Positions 1 to 10,412 of a stretch of 47,387 bases of DNA are shown in pieces. The DNA comes from Candidatus Kerfeldbacteria bacterium RIFCSPHIGHO2_12_FULL_48_17. GTDB taxonomy: Bacteria > Patescibacteriota > Patescibacteriia > HO2-48-17. The DNA is taken from NCBI GenBank assembly GCA_001818775.1, contig MHKD01000011.1, forward strand, positions 1-47,387. Direction: 5' to 3'. Positions within the stretch are counted from its first letter, which is position 1. The number at the start of each line of letters is the position of its first letter. Made by a program: the position numbers and the translations under genes. Below the pieces are notes generated by a model. That model did no database searches, was not told the origin of the DNA, and saw nothing but the letters and a program-made list of their open reading frames with translations.

Positions 1-38
1 AAAAACACTTTTAATAAACCGTTTAACGATCAGGCATA

Positions 39-2675
39 ATGCAAGTTCCCAATCTCACCAATAAATCGCAGGAGGCGCTGCAAATGGCACACAGTATCGC
101 TCAAGATTACGGCCAGCAGCAAATAGACTCCCTGCATTTGTTATACGCGCTGTTGCGGCAAAACGACGGCGTCATTCCGCCAATTTTTGATACGCTCAAT
201 GTGCCGCGGACGGAAATGATGAACGATCTGGAAGGTTTGCTGCGTTCAATTCCCCGGGTATCGATGGGAGGCGGTCTGGGGCAGGTGTATGTGACGGAAG
301 ATATGAATCGCACGATGCTCGGTGCCAAAAAAGAAGCGGGAAAACTCAAGGATGAATACATTTCGACCGAGCATTTGTTACTGGGTATGATGCAGTCTGG
401 CGGCAATGCGGCCAAGTTGCTGTCCAGGTACAAGGTCGAATATGACGCGGTTTTGCGCGTGCTGGCCAAAGTCCGGGGCAGTCAGCGCGTTGATTCTCCC
501 GACCCTGAGAGCAAATATCAGAGCCTGGAAAAATACGGCACCAACTTGACACAGCTCGCCAAGCAGGAAAAACTTGATCCCGTCATTGGTCGTGACGCGG
601 AAATCCGTCGCGTGATGCAGGTATTGTCGCGTCGCACCAAGAATAATCCGGTACTGATAGGTGAGCCAGGTACGGGTAAAACCGCCATTGTCGAAGGTTT
701 GGCCCAGCGCATTGTGGCCGGGGATGTGCCCGAGTCGCTGAAAAATAAAGAAGTGATTTCTTTGGATATCGGGTCTTTGCTCGCGGGCGCAAAATTTCGC
801 GGTGAATTTGAAGATCGCCTCAAGGCGGTGCTGAAGGAAATTGACGCTCAGGCCGGTCGCATTATTTTATTTATTGATGAAGTGCACACAATTGTCGGTG
901 CCGGCGGTTCGGAAGGCGCTATCGACGCAGCCAACATGCTCAAGCCACCCCTGGCCCGCGGTAAGTTGCACGCCATCGGCGCAACCACGCTCAAAGAGTA
1001 TCAAAAGTATATTGAAAAAGATGCTGCTTTGGAGCGTCGGTTTCAGCCGGTGTATGTCGGCGAACCGTCACTCGAAGACACGATCGCGATTTTACGCGGT
1101 ATCAAAGAAAAATACGAAGTACACCATGGCGTGCGTATTACCGATGATGCCATTATCGCCGCTGCTGAATTGTCACAGCGCTATATCAATGACCGGTTTT
1201 TACCCGACAAGGCTGTTGATCTGATTGACGAAGCAACGTCAGCCCTGCGTATGGAAATTGACAGTCAGCCCGAAGAGCTTGATCATCTGAAACGCCGCAT
1301 CCGCCAACTGGAAATTGAAAAACAGGCGCTGAAAAAAGAAAAAGGTGGACGCGAAAAGATCAAAGATATTGAAAAAGAGCTGTCGAACATTCAAGAGAAA
1401 GCGCGGCAGTTGGAAATCCATTGGCAGAATGAGAAAAACATCATTACCGCTATACGCGATGCCAAAGCAGGGATCGATCAGCTCAAGAGTGAAGCCGAAA
1501 TGAAAGAACGCGAAGGTGAATTGCGCCGGGTCGCTGAAATCCGTTATGGACAAATTCCCGAACTTGAGAAAAAAATAAAAACTCAGGAACAAAAGCTGGC
1601 AAAAATTCAAAAGGATCACCAGATTTTGAAGGAAGAAGTCACACGCGAAGATATTGCCGCGGTGGTTTCGCGTTGGACGGGTATTCCGGTCAACAAAATG
1701 CTCGAGGAAGAAGCGCACAAATTGGTGGATATGGAAAAAGAGCTGGCGCGTCGGGTAGTTGGTCAGGAAGAAGCCGTCACGGCCGTAGCAAATGCCATTC
1801 GTCGCTCACGGGCAGGGGTCGGCGAAGCCGGTAAACCCATCGGTTCATTTATTTTCATGGGACCAACCGGCGTCGGCAAAACCGAGCTGGCCAAGGCGTT
1901 GGCGGATTTTATGTTCAATGACGAGCAGGCGCTGGTGCGGATTGATATGTCCGAGTACATGGAAAAGCATGCGGTGGCGAGATTGATTGGTTCACCGCCA
2001 GGATATGTTGGTTACGATGAAGGCGGACAGCTGACGGAAGCGGTGCGTCGCCGGCCCTATGCGGTGCTGCTGTTTGATGAAATTGAGAAAGCGCATCCGG
2101 AAGTATTTCATATTTTATTGCAGTTGCTTGATGATGGGCGTTTAACCGATGCCAAGGGACGCGTTGTGAATTTCAAAAACACGATCGTTATCATGACATC
2201 GAACATCGGCAGCGATGTGATTCAGGGCTATGCGCGCAATCAGCGCCAGAATATCGGTTTCAGAGATGATAAAGACGGTAAGAAAAATTCGACAGACAAG
2301 GAAATGCGTGACAAAGTCATGGAATTATTGCACGAACATTTCCGTCCCGAGTTTTTGAACCGAATTGATGAAATTATTATCTTTCATTCGTTGGCGCAGG
2401 CACAGTTGGCGAGAATTGTTGAGTTGCAGCTGGCGCGCGTGGAAAAGCGGTTGGCGGAAAAACGCATAGTGCTGGTTATTGGCGACGGCGTGAAGAAATT
2501 ATTGGCCAAAGTGGGTTATGATCCGGTGTTTGGCGCGCGGCCATTGAAGCGGTTGATTCAGACCAAGATTTTGGACCCGCTGGCTTTGGAGATTATTGCC
2601 GGCAAAGTCAAAGAAGGGCAGAAGGTGGCGGTGGATGTGAAAAAGGGGAAAGTGGAATTCAGTGTGAAAAAATAG
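39..2675 (+). CDS. clpB: ATP-dependent chaperone ClpB
   Basis: 878 aa; Clp N-domain, two AAA+ modules ([16 protein letters not shown]), coiled-coil middle domain, GYVGY pore loop. Confidence 0.97.
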   Translation: MQVPNLTNKSQEALQMAHSIAQDYGQQQIDSLHLLYALLRQNDGVIPPIFDTLNVPRTEMMNDLEGLLRSIPRVSMGGGLGQVYVTEDMNRTMLGAKKEAGKLKDEYISTEHLLLGMMQSGGNAAKLLSRYKVEYDAVLRVLAKVRGSQRVDSPDPESKYQSLEKYGTNLTQLAKQEKLDPVIGRDAEIRRVMQVLSRRTKNNPVLIGEPGTGKTAIVEGLAQRIVAGDVPESLKNKEVISLDIGSLLAGAKFRGEFEDRLKAVLKEIDAQAGRIILFIDEVHTIVGAGGSEGAIDAANMLKPPLARGKLHAIGATTLKEYQKYIEKDAALERRFQPVYVGEPSLEDTIAILRGIKEKYEVHHGVRITDDAIIAAAELSQRYINDRFLPDKAVDLIDEATSALRMEIDSQPEELDHLKRRIRQLEIEKQALKKEKGGREKIKDIEKELSNIQEKARQLEIHWQNEKNIITAIRDAKAGIDQLKSEAEMKEREGELRRVAEIRYGQIPELEKKIKTQEQKLAKIQKDHQILKEEVTREDIAAVVSRWTGIPVNKMLEEEAHKLVDMEKELARRVVGQEEAVTAVANAIRRSRAGVGEAGKPIGSFIFMGPTGVGKTELAKALADFMFNDEQALVRIDMSEYMEKHAVARLIGSPPGYVGYDEGGQLTEAVRRRPYAVLLFDEIEKAHPEVFHILLQLLDDGRLTDAKGRVVNFKNTIVIMTSNIGSDVIQGYARNQRQNIGFRDDKDGKKNSTDKEMRDKVMELLHEHFRPEFLNRIDEIIIFHSLAQAQLARIVELQLARVEKRLAEKRIVLVIGDGVKKLLAKVGYDPVFGARPLKRLIQTKILDPLALEIIAGKVKEGQKVAVDVKKGKVEFSVKK

Positions 2676-2678
2676 CCA

Positions 2679-3443
2679 TTAATCCCATCTTAAAAATTCA
2701 ATTATGGCTTCCACGATTTTTTTTTGTTCGTGGTCGTTTGTTAAAATATGCTGATTATCATTCAAGAGCAGTTGTTTTTTTCTCTCGTCTGGAGTTTTAA
2801 TGGTTTGCATTATGAAAGCACTGCTTTTTGGATGAATAAGGGGGTCCTGTAATGATTGAATCGTATATATCGGGTGAACGATATGAGAAAGCGCTTTTTT
2901 TGTTTCCTCGATGCCACGTAAAAGCTCCTTTAATCCCTTATACGGCCATACGCTATATGCGCCCGTTTCAGCGTAATATTTTGCGCCCTCAGGGTGGTCA
3001 TGCAGATTTTCTTTGTGGAATTTTTTTAGGCGGGAAAGAATGGGCAATGCTGCCCTAATAAACGTTTTGCGCCTGAGAAAAATCGGTGTGCCCAGGCATA
3101 TGATTTTTTCAACATTCTCCGGATGCTCAGCGGCGCAGGTAATCGCCAAATTTCCACCCATGGAAACACCCAGGCAGTGCACCTTTCCATATAAATGGCG
3201 CGCGGATATAGTGGTCTCGTGAATGGCCTTTTTCCAATCTTCCCATGTTACGCGCAGAAGGTCATCAGGATGTGTGCCGTGACCCGGCAACCGTGGCACG
3301 ACAACGGAAAATCCCTTCTTTTGCAGTTCCTGAGCAAGAGGTTTCACTGCACTGGGAGTGCTCGTAAACCCATGTATAATGATAATAACCTCTTCTCCTC
3401 CCTCCAGTGAAAAACCTTCCATGTTCTCGCTGTTTCCGCCCAT
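2679..3443 (-). CDS. Alpha/beta-hydrolase carboxylesterase (Est30/monoacylglycerol lipase-like)
   Basis: IHGFT oxyanion motif, LPGHG, nucleophile GVSMG, C-terminal Asp and His. Confidence 0.9.
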   Translation of the reverse strand: MGGNSENMEGFSLEGGEEVIIIIHGFTSTPSAVKPLAQELQKKGFSVVVPRLPGHGTHPDDLLRVTWEDWKKAIHETTISARHLYGKVHCLGVSMGGNLAITCAAEHPENVEKIICLGTPIFLRRKTFIRAALPILSRLKKFHKENLHDHPEGAKYYAETGAYSVWPYKGLKELLRGIEETKKALSHIVHPIYTIQSLQDPLIHPKSSAFIMQTIKTPDERKKQLLLNDNQHILTNDHEQKKIVEAIIEFLRWD

Positions 3444-3469
3444 AATATTATTCGCTAAAAATCAACCAG

Positions 3470-3844
3470 CTACTTTAACATACTCTTGATTTTTTCGACA
3501 AGTTTATTGGGGTCAATCTGCGCTTTCACGATGTACTCTTTGGCGCCCAGCTTTTTCGCCTGGGCTATGGTGCTATCTTTCGTGAGGTTGGAAAAGATCC
3601 AGACTGGAATATCGCGGGTTTTTTTGTTTTTTTTGAGTTGCCTGAGGACTTCAATGCCGTCCATGTCGGGCATGACGAGATCAAGAAGTATGATTTTCGG
3701 CTGCTGACTTTTCGCCACAACCAGAGCGTCTTTTCCCCTCCGCGCGCCGATGGTACGCAGGTCTTCCAACTCAAATTTTGTTGAGTAGAGAAGTATTTGA
3801 TCGGGGTCGTCCTCTACGAGGAGAACATCCGGATTATCTTTCAT
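3470..3844 (-). CDS. Single-domain response regulator (CheY-like receiver)
   Basis: LLVEDD, LLDLVMPDMDG phospho-Asp motif, GAKEYIVK. Confidence 0.93.
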   Translation of the reverse strand: MKDNPDVLLVEDDPDQILLYSTKFELEDLRTIGARRGKDALVVAKSQQPKIILLDLVMPDMDGIEVLRQLKKNKKTRDIPVWIFSNLTKDSTIAQAKKLGAKEYIVKAQIDPNKLVEKIKSMLK

Positions 3845-3854
3845 ATATTTTCGT

Positions 3855-6098
3855 TTAAGACTGAGACGATGGGTGTTTTGTTATTGCGTTTGCGCCATTA
3901 ACCTTCGTTTTTGCCGCGGGGAGTTGGATGGAAAATATTGATCCCTTGTTTTCCACGCTTTCAACTGATACTTTTCCGCCCGGGTGGTTTTCCATGATTT
4001 GCTTCACTATAAAAAGACCAAGTCCCGAACCATCGGTATACATATCTATGGCATTTTTCGCGCGCATGAATTTGTCAAAAAGTTTAGGGAGATCCGCTTT
4101 TGGTATACCGATTCCGGTATCCTCGACCGATATAATAACCGTTTGGTTTTTAGAGCTCTCGGTTTTCACGCTCACTTGTATTTTTCCTTTTGCAGTATAG
4201 CGCAAAGCATTCGATATGAGATTACCGACCGCCTGTTCAAGATATTTTATATTTGTCAGAATTTTGGGAATGGATTTGCTTGGTTGTTCAAAGATCAATT
4301 TCAGTTGCTTTTTTTCCGCTTCCAGTAAGAATTCTTTCACCACTTTTTCAAGAAATTCAACGGGATCGATGACATCCTGAAGAACGAAACCGAAATTTTC
4401 CGCGTCCATTTCAGACGCCGCAAGAATGTCATTGATGATAAAGTCAAGTTTTTTCCCCTTGGTGTACGCATTTTCTATAAATTCTTTATGTTTTTCTTTT
4501 GGCAGACGATCAAGATCACCATCACGCAACATTGATAGGGTGCCATTAATAACCGATACCGGAGTTCGGAGCTGATGTGAAGCGATATCAAGAAATTCGG
4601 AACGGATTTTCAGCAGTTTTTTGAGATGAGTATTGGTTTTTGTAAGATTTTGTGTAGCCTTGGTAACTTCAATTTGCAATAGGGCGTTGAATTTTTTTGT
4701 TTCTTCGTACAGTTGCGCGTTTACCATGGCGATGGATGCCTGATTGGCTATATTTCGCAACAGGCGCAAATCTTCCAGTGTAAATGCGTCATGGGAGAGC
4801 TTGTCACCAAAAAATATCAGTGCAATTATTTTTTTGTGGGAAATTATGGGTACAAGAACGGCGATTTTAAGTTGAGTGAGTTCTTTTTTACAGATCAGAA
4901 GTGGTGCCACATATTTTTTTGCCGTCTTTTGCGTCAGATCTTCAATTTCTTCGCGCACAAGAATATCTTTGTATTCAGTCAGAAACTGATAAAGAGAATC
5001 GTTCTTCAGGAGTTCTGTAATATCCTGATGTTTCATGCCAGCGGTTTTTTTGACTGTGCAGTAGCCATGAGTTTGTTGGTCTTTTTCTTTACAGAGTACA
5101 AAAGTGTATCGCTCCGTACCCAGAGCCTGTTTCATGGTTTTTACAATCGTTGTAATTATTTGGTTTAGCTCAAGTGTTTGGGCAAGATCACGGCCGACGC
5201 GTTCGGTGATTTCCTGTGGGTCATAGAGAGACGTGAAAAAGTAACGGTTCGCAAGTTTCAGAAACCATTTCCGTAAGTATTGAAACAGAACAATACCGGC
5301 AATGAGCGCAACCGGACCCATGATGGATTCCGGCACTATTTTTCCATAGGCCAGGTTTCCGTAGATGATGAATAAGGAGATGATTACCGTGAAGACAAGC
5401 GCCCCGCCGACAACAAATATTTTGCGGAGGAAGATGCGGATGTCAAAGAGTCGATAGCGAATCATAGCATAACCAGAAGCTGCGATAAAAAATACTGAAC
5501 TTGGCGAGTCCAAAGGAATAAATGTTTCTATACCAAACAGTGGTAATAAAAAGTTCAATGTTCCTGTTGTGATACCAAAACCATACATTCCATACATCAC
5601 ATACTTTAACTGCAATTTCAAAATACCGGAACTTTTTTTATAGGTTAGATACAGCTTACCGAGTATCCAAAATATGAGAAAAATTGAATAAAAAGAAAAT
5701 ATATTAAATCCTTTTCCAAACGTTCCTTCAAAACCACCGATAAAAGTTTTTTCCGCATTTTTTATTATAAAATCTGTATATCCGAGAATAAAAAATATAG
5801 CACCTGATAGATAAATGAGTAATATTTTGTATTTGTTTTTTCTATCGTTTATTAGAACGAGAATCCAGACCAGTGCTGATGGAGCCAGTAATGCACCTGC
5901 GGCATAGCAATTACGAACCCAGAAAGTGTACGGTTGTAATGTTATTAAAATATTTGTCACTATCCAATAAGCCGTCAACCAGGCAAAGATGGTAAAGCTA
6001 ATGTTTAAAAAGGATCGGTTTTTTAATATAGCTAATATTCCTATAATCAAGGCAAGAAAAGCAGCTAAATATATTATTGCCGACAACAGTAAATTCAT
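3855..6098 (-). CDS. Membrane sensor histidine kinase (HisKA_7TM-like N-terminus, GAF-like domain, HisKA, HATPase)
   Basis: Multi-TM N-terminus ending YAMIRYRLFDI; H-box ASHQLRTP; N-box NLISNA; G1 DTGIGI; G2 GSGLGL. Confidence 0.93.
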   Translation of the reverse strand: MNLLLSAIIYLAAFLALIIGILAILKNRSFLNISFTIFAWLTAYWIVTNILITLQPYTFWVRNCYAAGALLAPSALVWILVLINDRKNKYKILLIYLSGAIFFILGYTDFIIKNAEKTFIGGFEGTFGKGFNIFSFYSIFLIFWILGKLYLTYKKSSGILKLQLKYVMYGMYGFGITTGTLNFLLPLFGIETFIPLDSPSSVFFIAASGYAMIRYRLFDIRIFLRKIFVVGGALVFTVIISLFIIYGNLAYGKIVPESIMGPVALIAGIVLFQYLRKWFLKLANRYFFTSLYDPQEITERVGRDLAQTLELNQIITTIVKTMKQALGTERYTFVLCKEKDQQTHGYCTVKKTAGMKHQDITELLKNDSLYQFLTEYKDILVREEIEDLTQKTAKKYVAPLLICKKELTQLKIAVLVPIISHKKIIALIFFGDKLSHDAFTLEDLRLLRNIANQASIAMVNAQLYEETKKFNALLQIEVTKATQNLTKTNTHLKKLLKIRSEFLDIASHQLRTPVSVINGTLSMLRDGDLDRLPKEKHKEFIENAYTKGKKLDFIINDILAASEMDAENFGFVLQDVIDPVEFLEKVVKEFLLEAEKKQLKLIFEQPSKSIPKILTNIKYLEQAVGNLISNALRYTAKGKIQVSVKTESSKNQTVIISVEDTGIGIPKADLPKLFDKFMRAKNAIDMYTDGSGLGLFIVKQIMENHPGGKVSVESVENKGSIFSIQLPAAKTKVNGANAITKHPSSQS

Positions 6099-6099
6099 G

Positions 6100-6183
6100 C
6101 TATTTTTTTAGTTTTTCAATAAGTTTCTTGACCAGATAGTAACCTAGAAAACCTGTGCCACCAGTGACAAAGTTTTTGCTCAT
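6100..6183 (-). pseudogene. 27-aa N-terminal remnant of an NAD-dependent epimerase/SDR
   Basis: Hand translation MSKNFVTGGTGFLGYYLVKKLIEKLKK*; Rossmann TGGTGFLG motif; start overlaps the upstream stop (ATGA). Confidence 0.8.
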
Positions 6184-7370
6184 ACGAGTATTTGTGATTT
6201 AAGAGCTGTGCAGACTTCAATAAGACGATCCATGTGCTTTTGTGTGTGTGTAGCCATGACTACGCAGCGAATTCTGGCTTTGCCTTTTGGCACGACTGGC
6301 CATCTTACACAAGGTGCTAAAATACCGGCTTCGAAAAGTTTTTCCGAAAAATGAATCGCTTTTGCTTCATCGCCGATGAGTATTGGTATGATGGGTGTTT
6401 CTGTTTCCAAGACATTTAGGTTGTTCTTACGGAGGTTTTCTATCAAGTACGTAGTGTTATTTTTTAATGAACGCACTATATGTGGATTTTCTGAAATAAG
6501 ATGAATTGCTTCTAGCGTGACGGCGGAAGCCGCTGGTGGAAGTGCTGTACTGAATATATACGAACGAGCCGTGATTCGTAAATAATCTATAAGGTTTTTG
6601 GTTCCTGCTATATATCCCCCGATGCTACCAAATGCTTTACTTAAGGTGCCCATTAAAATTGGGATATCCCTAGGTGGTATTCCAAAGTGTTCTGTCACAC
6701 CACGGCCGGTTTTTCCTAAAACCCCTATAGAGTGCGCTTCGTCGACCATGAGCATTGCTCCATATTTTTTTGCCAAGTCTACTACCTCCGGCAGTGGCGC
6801 AATATCACCGTCCATACTGAAAACGGCATCCGTAACAATAATTTTTCTTTTGTTTTCATGTTTTTTGAGTATACTCTCAAGTCCGTTGATGTCTTTATGT
6901 TTGTATATTTTTACCTCTGTTTTTGCGAGAGCACAACCATCGATGATACTAGCGTGATTAAGCTCCTCGCTTATAATGAGTGTCTTTTTTTTAAAAAGCC
7001 GGAACATATTTATTCCATTAACAAGAGCTGATATCGTTCCCACGTTTGTCATGTAGCCGGTGGCAAAAACGATCGCTGACTCGGTACCAAGGAACTGAGC
7101 TAGGGATTTTTCAAGTTTTTCGTGTACATTAATGTTGCCTGATATCAGTCGAGATGCTCCAGTGCCAACTCCGTAATGTTTGATAGTTTCTATTGCAACT
7201 TGTTTAAGACGTTCATGGTTTGCCAATCCAAGATAATCATTAGAACAGAAAAGGATGATTTTTTTACCATTAATTATGATCTCCGGATCTATGGCGGAGT
7301 CAATCGTTCGAACGATAGGATAGTAGTGGTTATCCTTGATTTTTTTTAACAATTTTTCTATTTCTAACAT
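6180..7370 (-). CDS. PLP-dependent alpha-oxoamine synthase (BioF/Kbl/SPT/CqsA family)
   Basis: SNDYLGL, NHASIIDG, DEAHS, GTLSKAFG (PLP lysine). Confidence 0.92.
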   Translation of the reverse strand: MLEIEKLLKKIKDNHYYPIVRTIDSAIDPEIIINGKKIILFCSNDYLGLANHERLKQVAIETIKHYGVGTGASRLISGNINVHEKLEKSLAQFLGTESAIVFATGYMTNVGTISALVNGINMFRLFKKKTLIISEELNHASIIDGCALAKTEVKIYKHKDINGLESILKKHENKRKIIVTDAVFSMDGDIAPLPEVVDLAKKYGAMLMVDEAHSIGVLGKTGRGVTEHFGIPPRDIPILMGTLSKAFGSIGGYIAGTKNLIDYLRITARSYIFSTALPPAASAVTLEAIHLISENPHIVRSLKNNTTYLIENLRKNNLNVLETETPIIPILIGDEAKAIHFSEKLFEAGILAPCVRWPVVPKGKARIRCVVMATHTQKHMDRLIEVCTALKSQILV

Positions 7371-7394
7371 CTAAGTTTATTTTGTTCAGTGTTT

Positions 7395-8810
7395 TTAGTT
7401 TGTTTTCTGATTTGGATAGCCATATCGGTCATACACATTGCGCATGGTGATGTCATAGGTGACCAACCAACGGAGCATTCCTTCCATCTTTTTTCGTAAT
7501 CCTTCAATATTCATATATTCGTCTGATGACCAAGCCTCATTGTTTTCTCGATCACCGAGTAACAAAAGTCCGGAATATATCCCTTCTTGTTCCAACGGTA
7601 AAACCAGACTGATGTTATGTTTTTTCAGTTTGGCAGAGAAATCCTGTTGTTTATGGTAGTTTTTGAAATAATTTTTGGCCAGCAGACCCTGTTTCTTTTT
7701 TTCAAAAAATGTCCATATTTCGTCATAGAAACTTCTGGTTATGTAGATTTTTTTCGGATAGAAAAATAACTGCTCATCGGATCGTGGAACGAGACGTATG
7801 AATAATGCAGCAGTTTCCAGCTGCAATGTGCGCGCAATGCTCTCAAGGATGGCAGGGATTTTTTGATTGAGTGTTCCGGTTGTCTGCGTTTCCGCTTTAA
7901 TTTTACTGAGCAGTTCGATGATGTCTATATCATACGCCGGCCACAGACGATCGATGAGATTCCTGATGAGTTTTTTCAGAGTATCGAAGAAAAGTGTCAC
8001 TGCCAGAATCAAAACGATGAGCACTTGCCATTCCTGAACGGCTATGTAAGGACCCAGAACAGATTTCAGCAATAAAAAACCGTATATGAAGACTGACAGG
8101 GTGATAAAGAGTGAAGCCCCGTAGATGACTCCACGCCGGATGATAAGCTGTAAATCGAACAGACGGTGCCGCAGAATGGCATAGGCAAAACTTGAAAGAA
8201 AAATAAGCGAAGCGGGCACGTCAATCCAAATAAAACGGTCATAGCCGGTGAAAAGCGGCACCAGAAGGCTGAAAGCAAGAGGAAAAATGGCAAAGCCTAG
8301 TACACCAAATAGAATGATTTTAAGCTGCGGTTTATTTTTGGTAGTTGATTTTTTTAATTCCTGAATAATGCGGAAAGATAAGAGGATAATAAGGGCTGCT
8401 TGATACGCGGTGTAAAAGGGAAAGAGTACGCCATATTTACCATCGCTGTAGCCCAGAGCGTAGTTATGCACGTCGTATTTTATTAAATCATTTATCAACG
8501 GCAGTATGAAGAAAGTCGTCCCGAGGGAGACGAGAATAATAAGATACTTTTTGTTGCATTGTTGTTTTGTGAAGTATTCAAACCAAATAAGAGCTATAGG
8601 TGTCATGAAGGCAGGAATCGAGTAAGCTAGCCGCATAAAAATAATGTTCTGCATTATACCCTCTAAAGTATTGGTTAGGATGGAAAACATTATTATAAGA
8701 GCGAGCACCCCGAAAAGTCGATGTTCAATTTTTTTACCTGTTTTCAGGACAAAGATACCAAGTATCAAGCTGAAGAAAAATCCGAATATATAAATGGCGA
8801 GCGGGGGCAT
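7395..8810 (-). CDS. HisKA_7TM-like membrane sensor with C-terminal GAF-like domain, no kinase domain (paralog A)
   Basis: About 9 hydrophobic segments, YAILRHRLFDL motif shared with the kinase, LVLPL..GLLLLG GAF-like end, no H-box. Confidence 0.8.
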   Translation of the reverse strand: MPPLAIYIFGFFFSLILGIFVLKTGKKIEHRLFGVLALIIMFSILTNTLEGIMQNIIFMRLAYSIPAFMTPIALIWFEYFTKQQCNKKYLIILVSLGTTFFILPLINDLIKYDVHNYALGYSDGKYGVLFPFYTAYQAALIILLSFRIIQELKKSTTKNKPQLKIILFGVLGFAIFPLAFSLLVPLFTGYDRFIWIDVPASLIFLSSFAYAILRHRLFDLQLIIRRGVIYGASLFITLSVFIYGFLLLKSVLGPYIAVQEWQVLIVLILAVTLFFDTLKKLIRNLIDRLWPAYDIDIIELLSKIKAETQTTGTLNQKIPAILESIARTLQLETAALFIRLVPRSDEQLFFYPKKIYITRSFYDEIWTFFEKKKQGLLAKNYFKNYHKQQDFSAKLKKHNISLVLPLEQEGIYSGLLLLGDRENNEAWSSDEYMNIEGLRKKMEGMLRWLVTYDITMRNVYDRYGYPNQKTN

Positions 8811-8834
8811 AGATATGCGTTAAAAATAATTATG

Positions 8835-10259
8835 CTATCTTGCACTCTGATTTGAATGACTATATTGATCAGATAGATTGCGCATGGTGATGTCATGGGT
8901 GACCAACCAACGGAGCGTTCCTTCCATCTTTTTTCGCAAGCCGTCAATGTTTCTCAATTCATCCGGCCCCCATGCTTCACCGGTTTTTCGATTCCCAACT
9001 AACAAAAGTCCGGAATATATCCCTTCTTGTTCCAACGGTAAAACCAGACTGATGTTATGTTTTTTGAGTTTAGCAGAAAAATCTTGTTGTTTATGGTAAT
9101 TTTTATAATAGTTCCTGGCCAGCAGACCCTGCTTTTTCGTTTCAAAAAACGTCCAAATTTCCTCATAAAAACTTCTGGTTATGTAGATTTTTTTCGGATA
9201 GAAAAATAATTGTTCATCGGATCGTGGAACGAGACGTATGAATAATGCAGCAGATTCCAGCTGCAATGTGCGCGCAATGTTCTCGAGGATGGCAGGGATT
9301 TTCTGATTGAGTGTTCCGGTTGTCTGCGTTTCCGCTTCAATTTTACTGAGCAGTTCGATGATGTCTATATCATACGCCGGCCAGAATCGATTTATGACTT
9401 TCCTGATGAGATTTTTCAGGGTATCGAAGAAGAGTGTCACAGCCAGAATCAAAAGTAGGAGCACTTGCCATTCCTGAACGGCTATGTAAGGACTCAGAAC
9501 AGATTTCAGGAATAAAAAACCGTATATAAAAATTGACAGCGTGATAAAGAGCGAAGCCCCGTAGATGACTCCACGCCGGATGATAAGCTGTAAATCGAAC
9601 AGACGGTGCCGCAGGATGGCATAGGCAAAACTTGAGAGGAAAATAAGTGATGCTGGAATCTGAAGCATAACAAGGTGATTATAGCCAATGACAAGAGGGA
9701 GTAAAAGGCTGAACACAAGAGGGAAAATTGCAAAGCCTACCACACCAAATAGAATGATTTTAAGCTGCAGTTTATTTTTGGTAGTCGATTTTTTTAATTC
9801 CTGAATAATGCGAAAAACTAGCAAAATAAAAAGAGCCGCTTGATACGCGGTGTAAAAAGGCAAGAGCACACCACTCTTACCGTCAGTGTAGTAGTCTAGG
9901 GCGTAATTATGCACGTCGTATATTATTAACTTATCTATTAACGGCACTATAAAGAAAATTGTCCCTAAAAAGATGAGAACAGCCAGATATTTTTTGTTGC
10001 AGTGCTGTTTCGTAAAGTATTCAAACCAAATAAGAGCTACAGGCGTCATTAAAGCGGCTGCTGAGTAAGTAAGTTCTGTAAAAGTAATACTTCGCAACAC
10101 TCCCATAAGGATATTGAACAATATCCACAGCATTATTATCAGTGACAGAAGACCAAAGAGTTTGTGTTCTATCTTTCGCCCGGCCCTTAAAACAAAAATT
10201 CCGAGCGCAAGACTGAAAAAAAATGCAAAAATGTAGATAATGAGTGGGATCATAGACAT
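8835..10259 (-). CDS. HisKA_7TM-like membrane sensor with C-terminal GAF-like domain, no kinase domain (paralog B)
   Basis: Tandem paralog of 7395-8810 with near-identical C-terminal half. Confidence 0.8.
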   Translation of the reverse strand: MSMIPLIIYIFAFFFSLALGIFVLRAGRKIEHKLFGLLSLIIMLWILFNILMGVLRSITFTELTYSAAALMTPVALIWFEYFTKQHCNKKYLAVLIFLGTIFFIVPLIDKLIIYDVHNYALDYYTDGKSGVLLPFYTAYQAALFILLVFRIIQELKKSTTKNKLQLKIILFGVVGFAIFPLVFSLLLPLVIGYNHLVMLQIPASLIFLSSFAYAILRHRLFDLQLIIRRGVIYGASLFITLSIFIYGFLFLKSVLSPYIAVQEWQVLLLLILAVTLFFDTLKNLIRKVINRFWPAYDIDIIELLSKIEAETQTTGTLNQKIPAILENIARTLQLESAALFIRLVPRSDEQLFFYPKKIYITRSFYEEIWTFFETKKQGLLARNYYKNYHKQQDFSAKLKKHNISLVLPLEQEGIYSGLLLVGNRKTGEAWGPDELRNIDGLRKKMEGTLRWLVTHDITMRNLSDQYSHSNQSAR

Positions 10260-10412
10260 GCGTTAAGAATAAATAAAATCCTGAAGACGCCCATCTCTGC
10301 TTAACACAGTATCTTTTCTGGTAAGTTTGTCAAACCGTCAGCGTCTCCCAACAAAAAATTTCATAGATTTCGGCCATATTCCACAAATATGTAAACAGCG
10401 GCTGACAATTGT

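Noticed and set aside
6180-7370. Calling this gene bioF of a biotin operon
   Set aside because: No bioA/B/D nearby; the motifs are shared across the alpha-oxoamine synthase family
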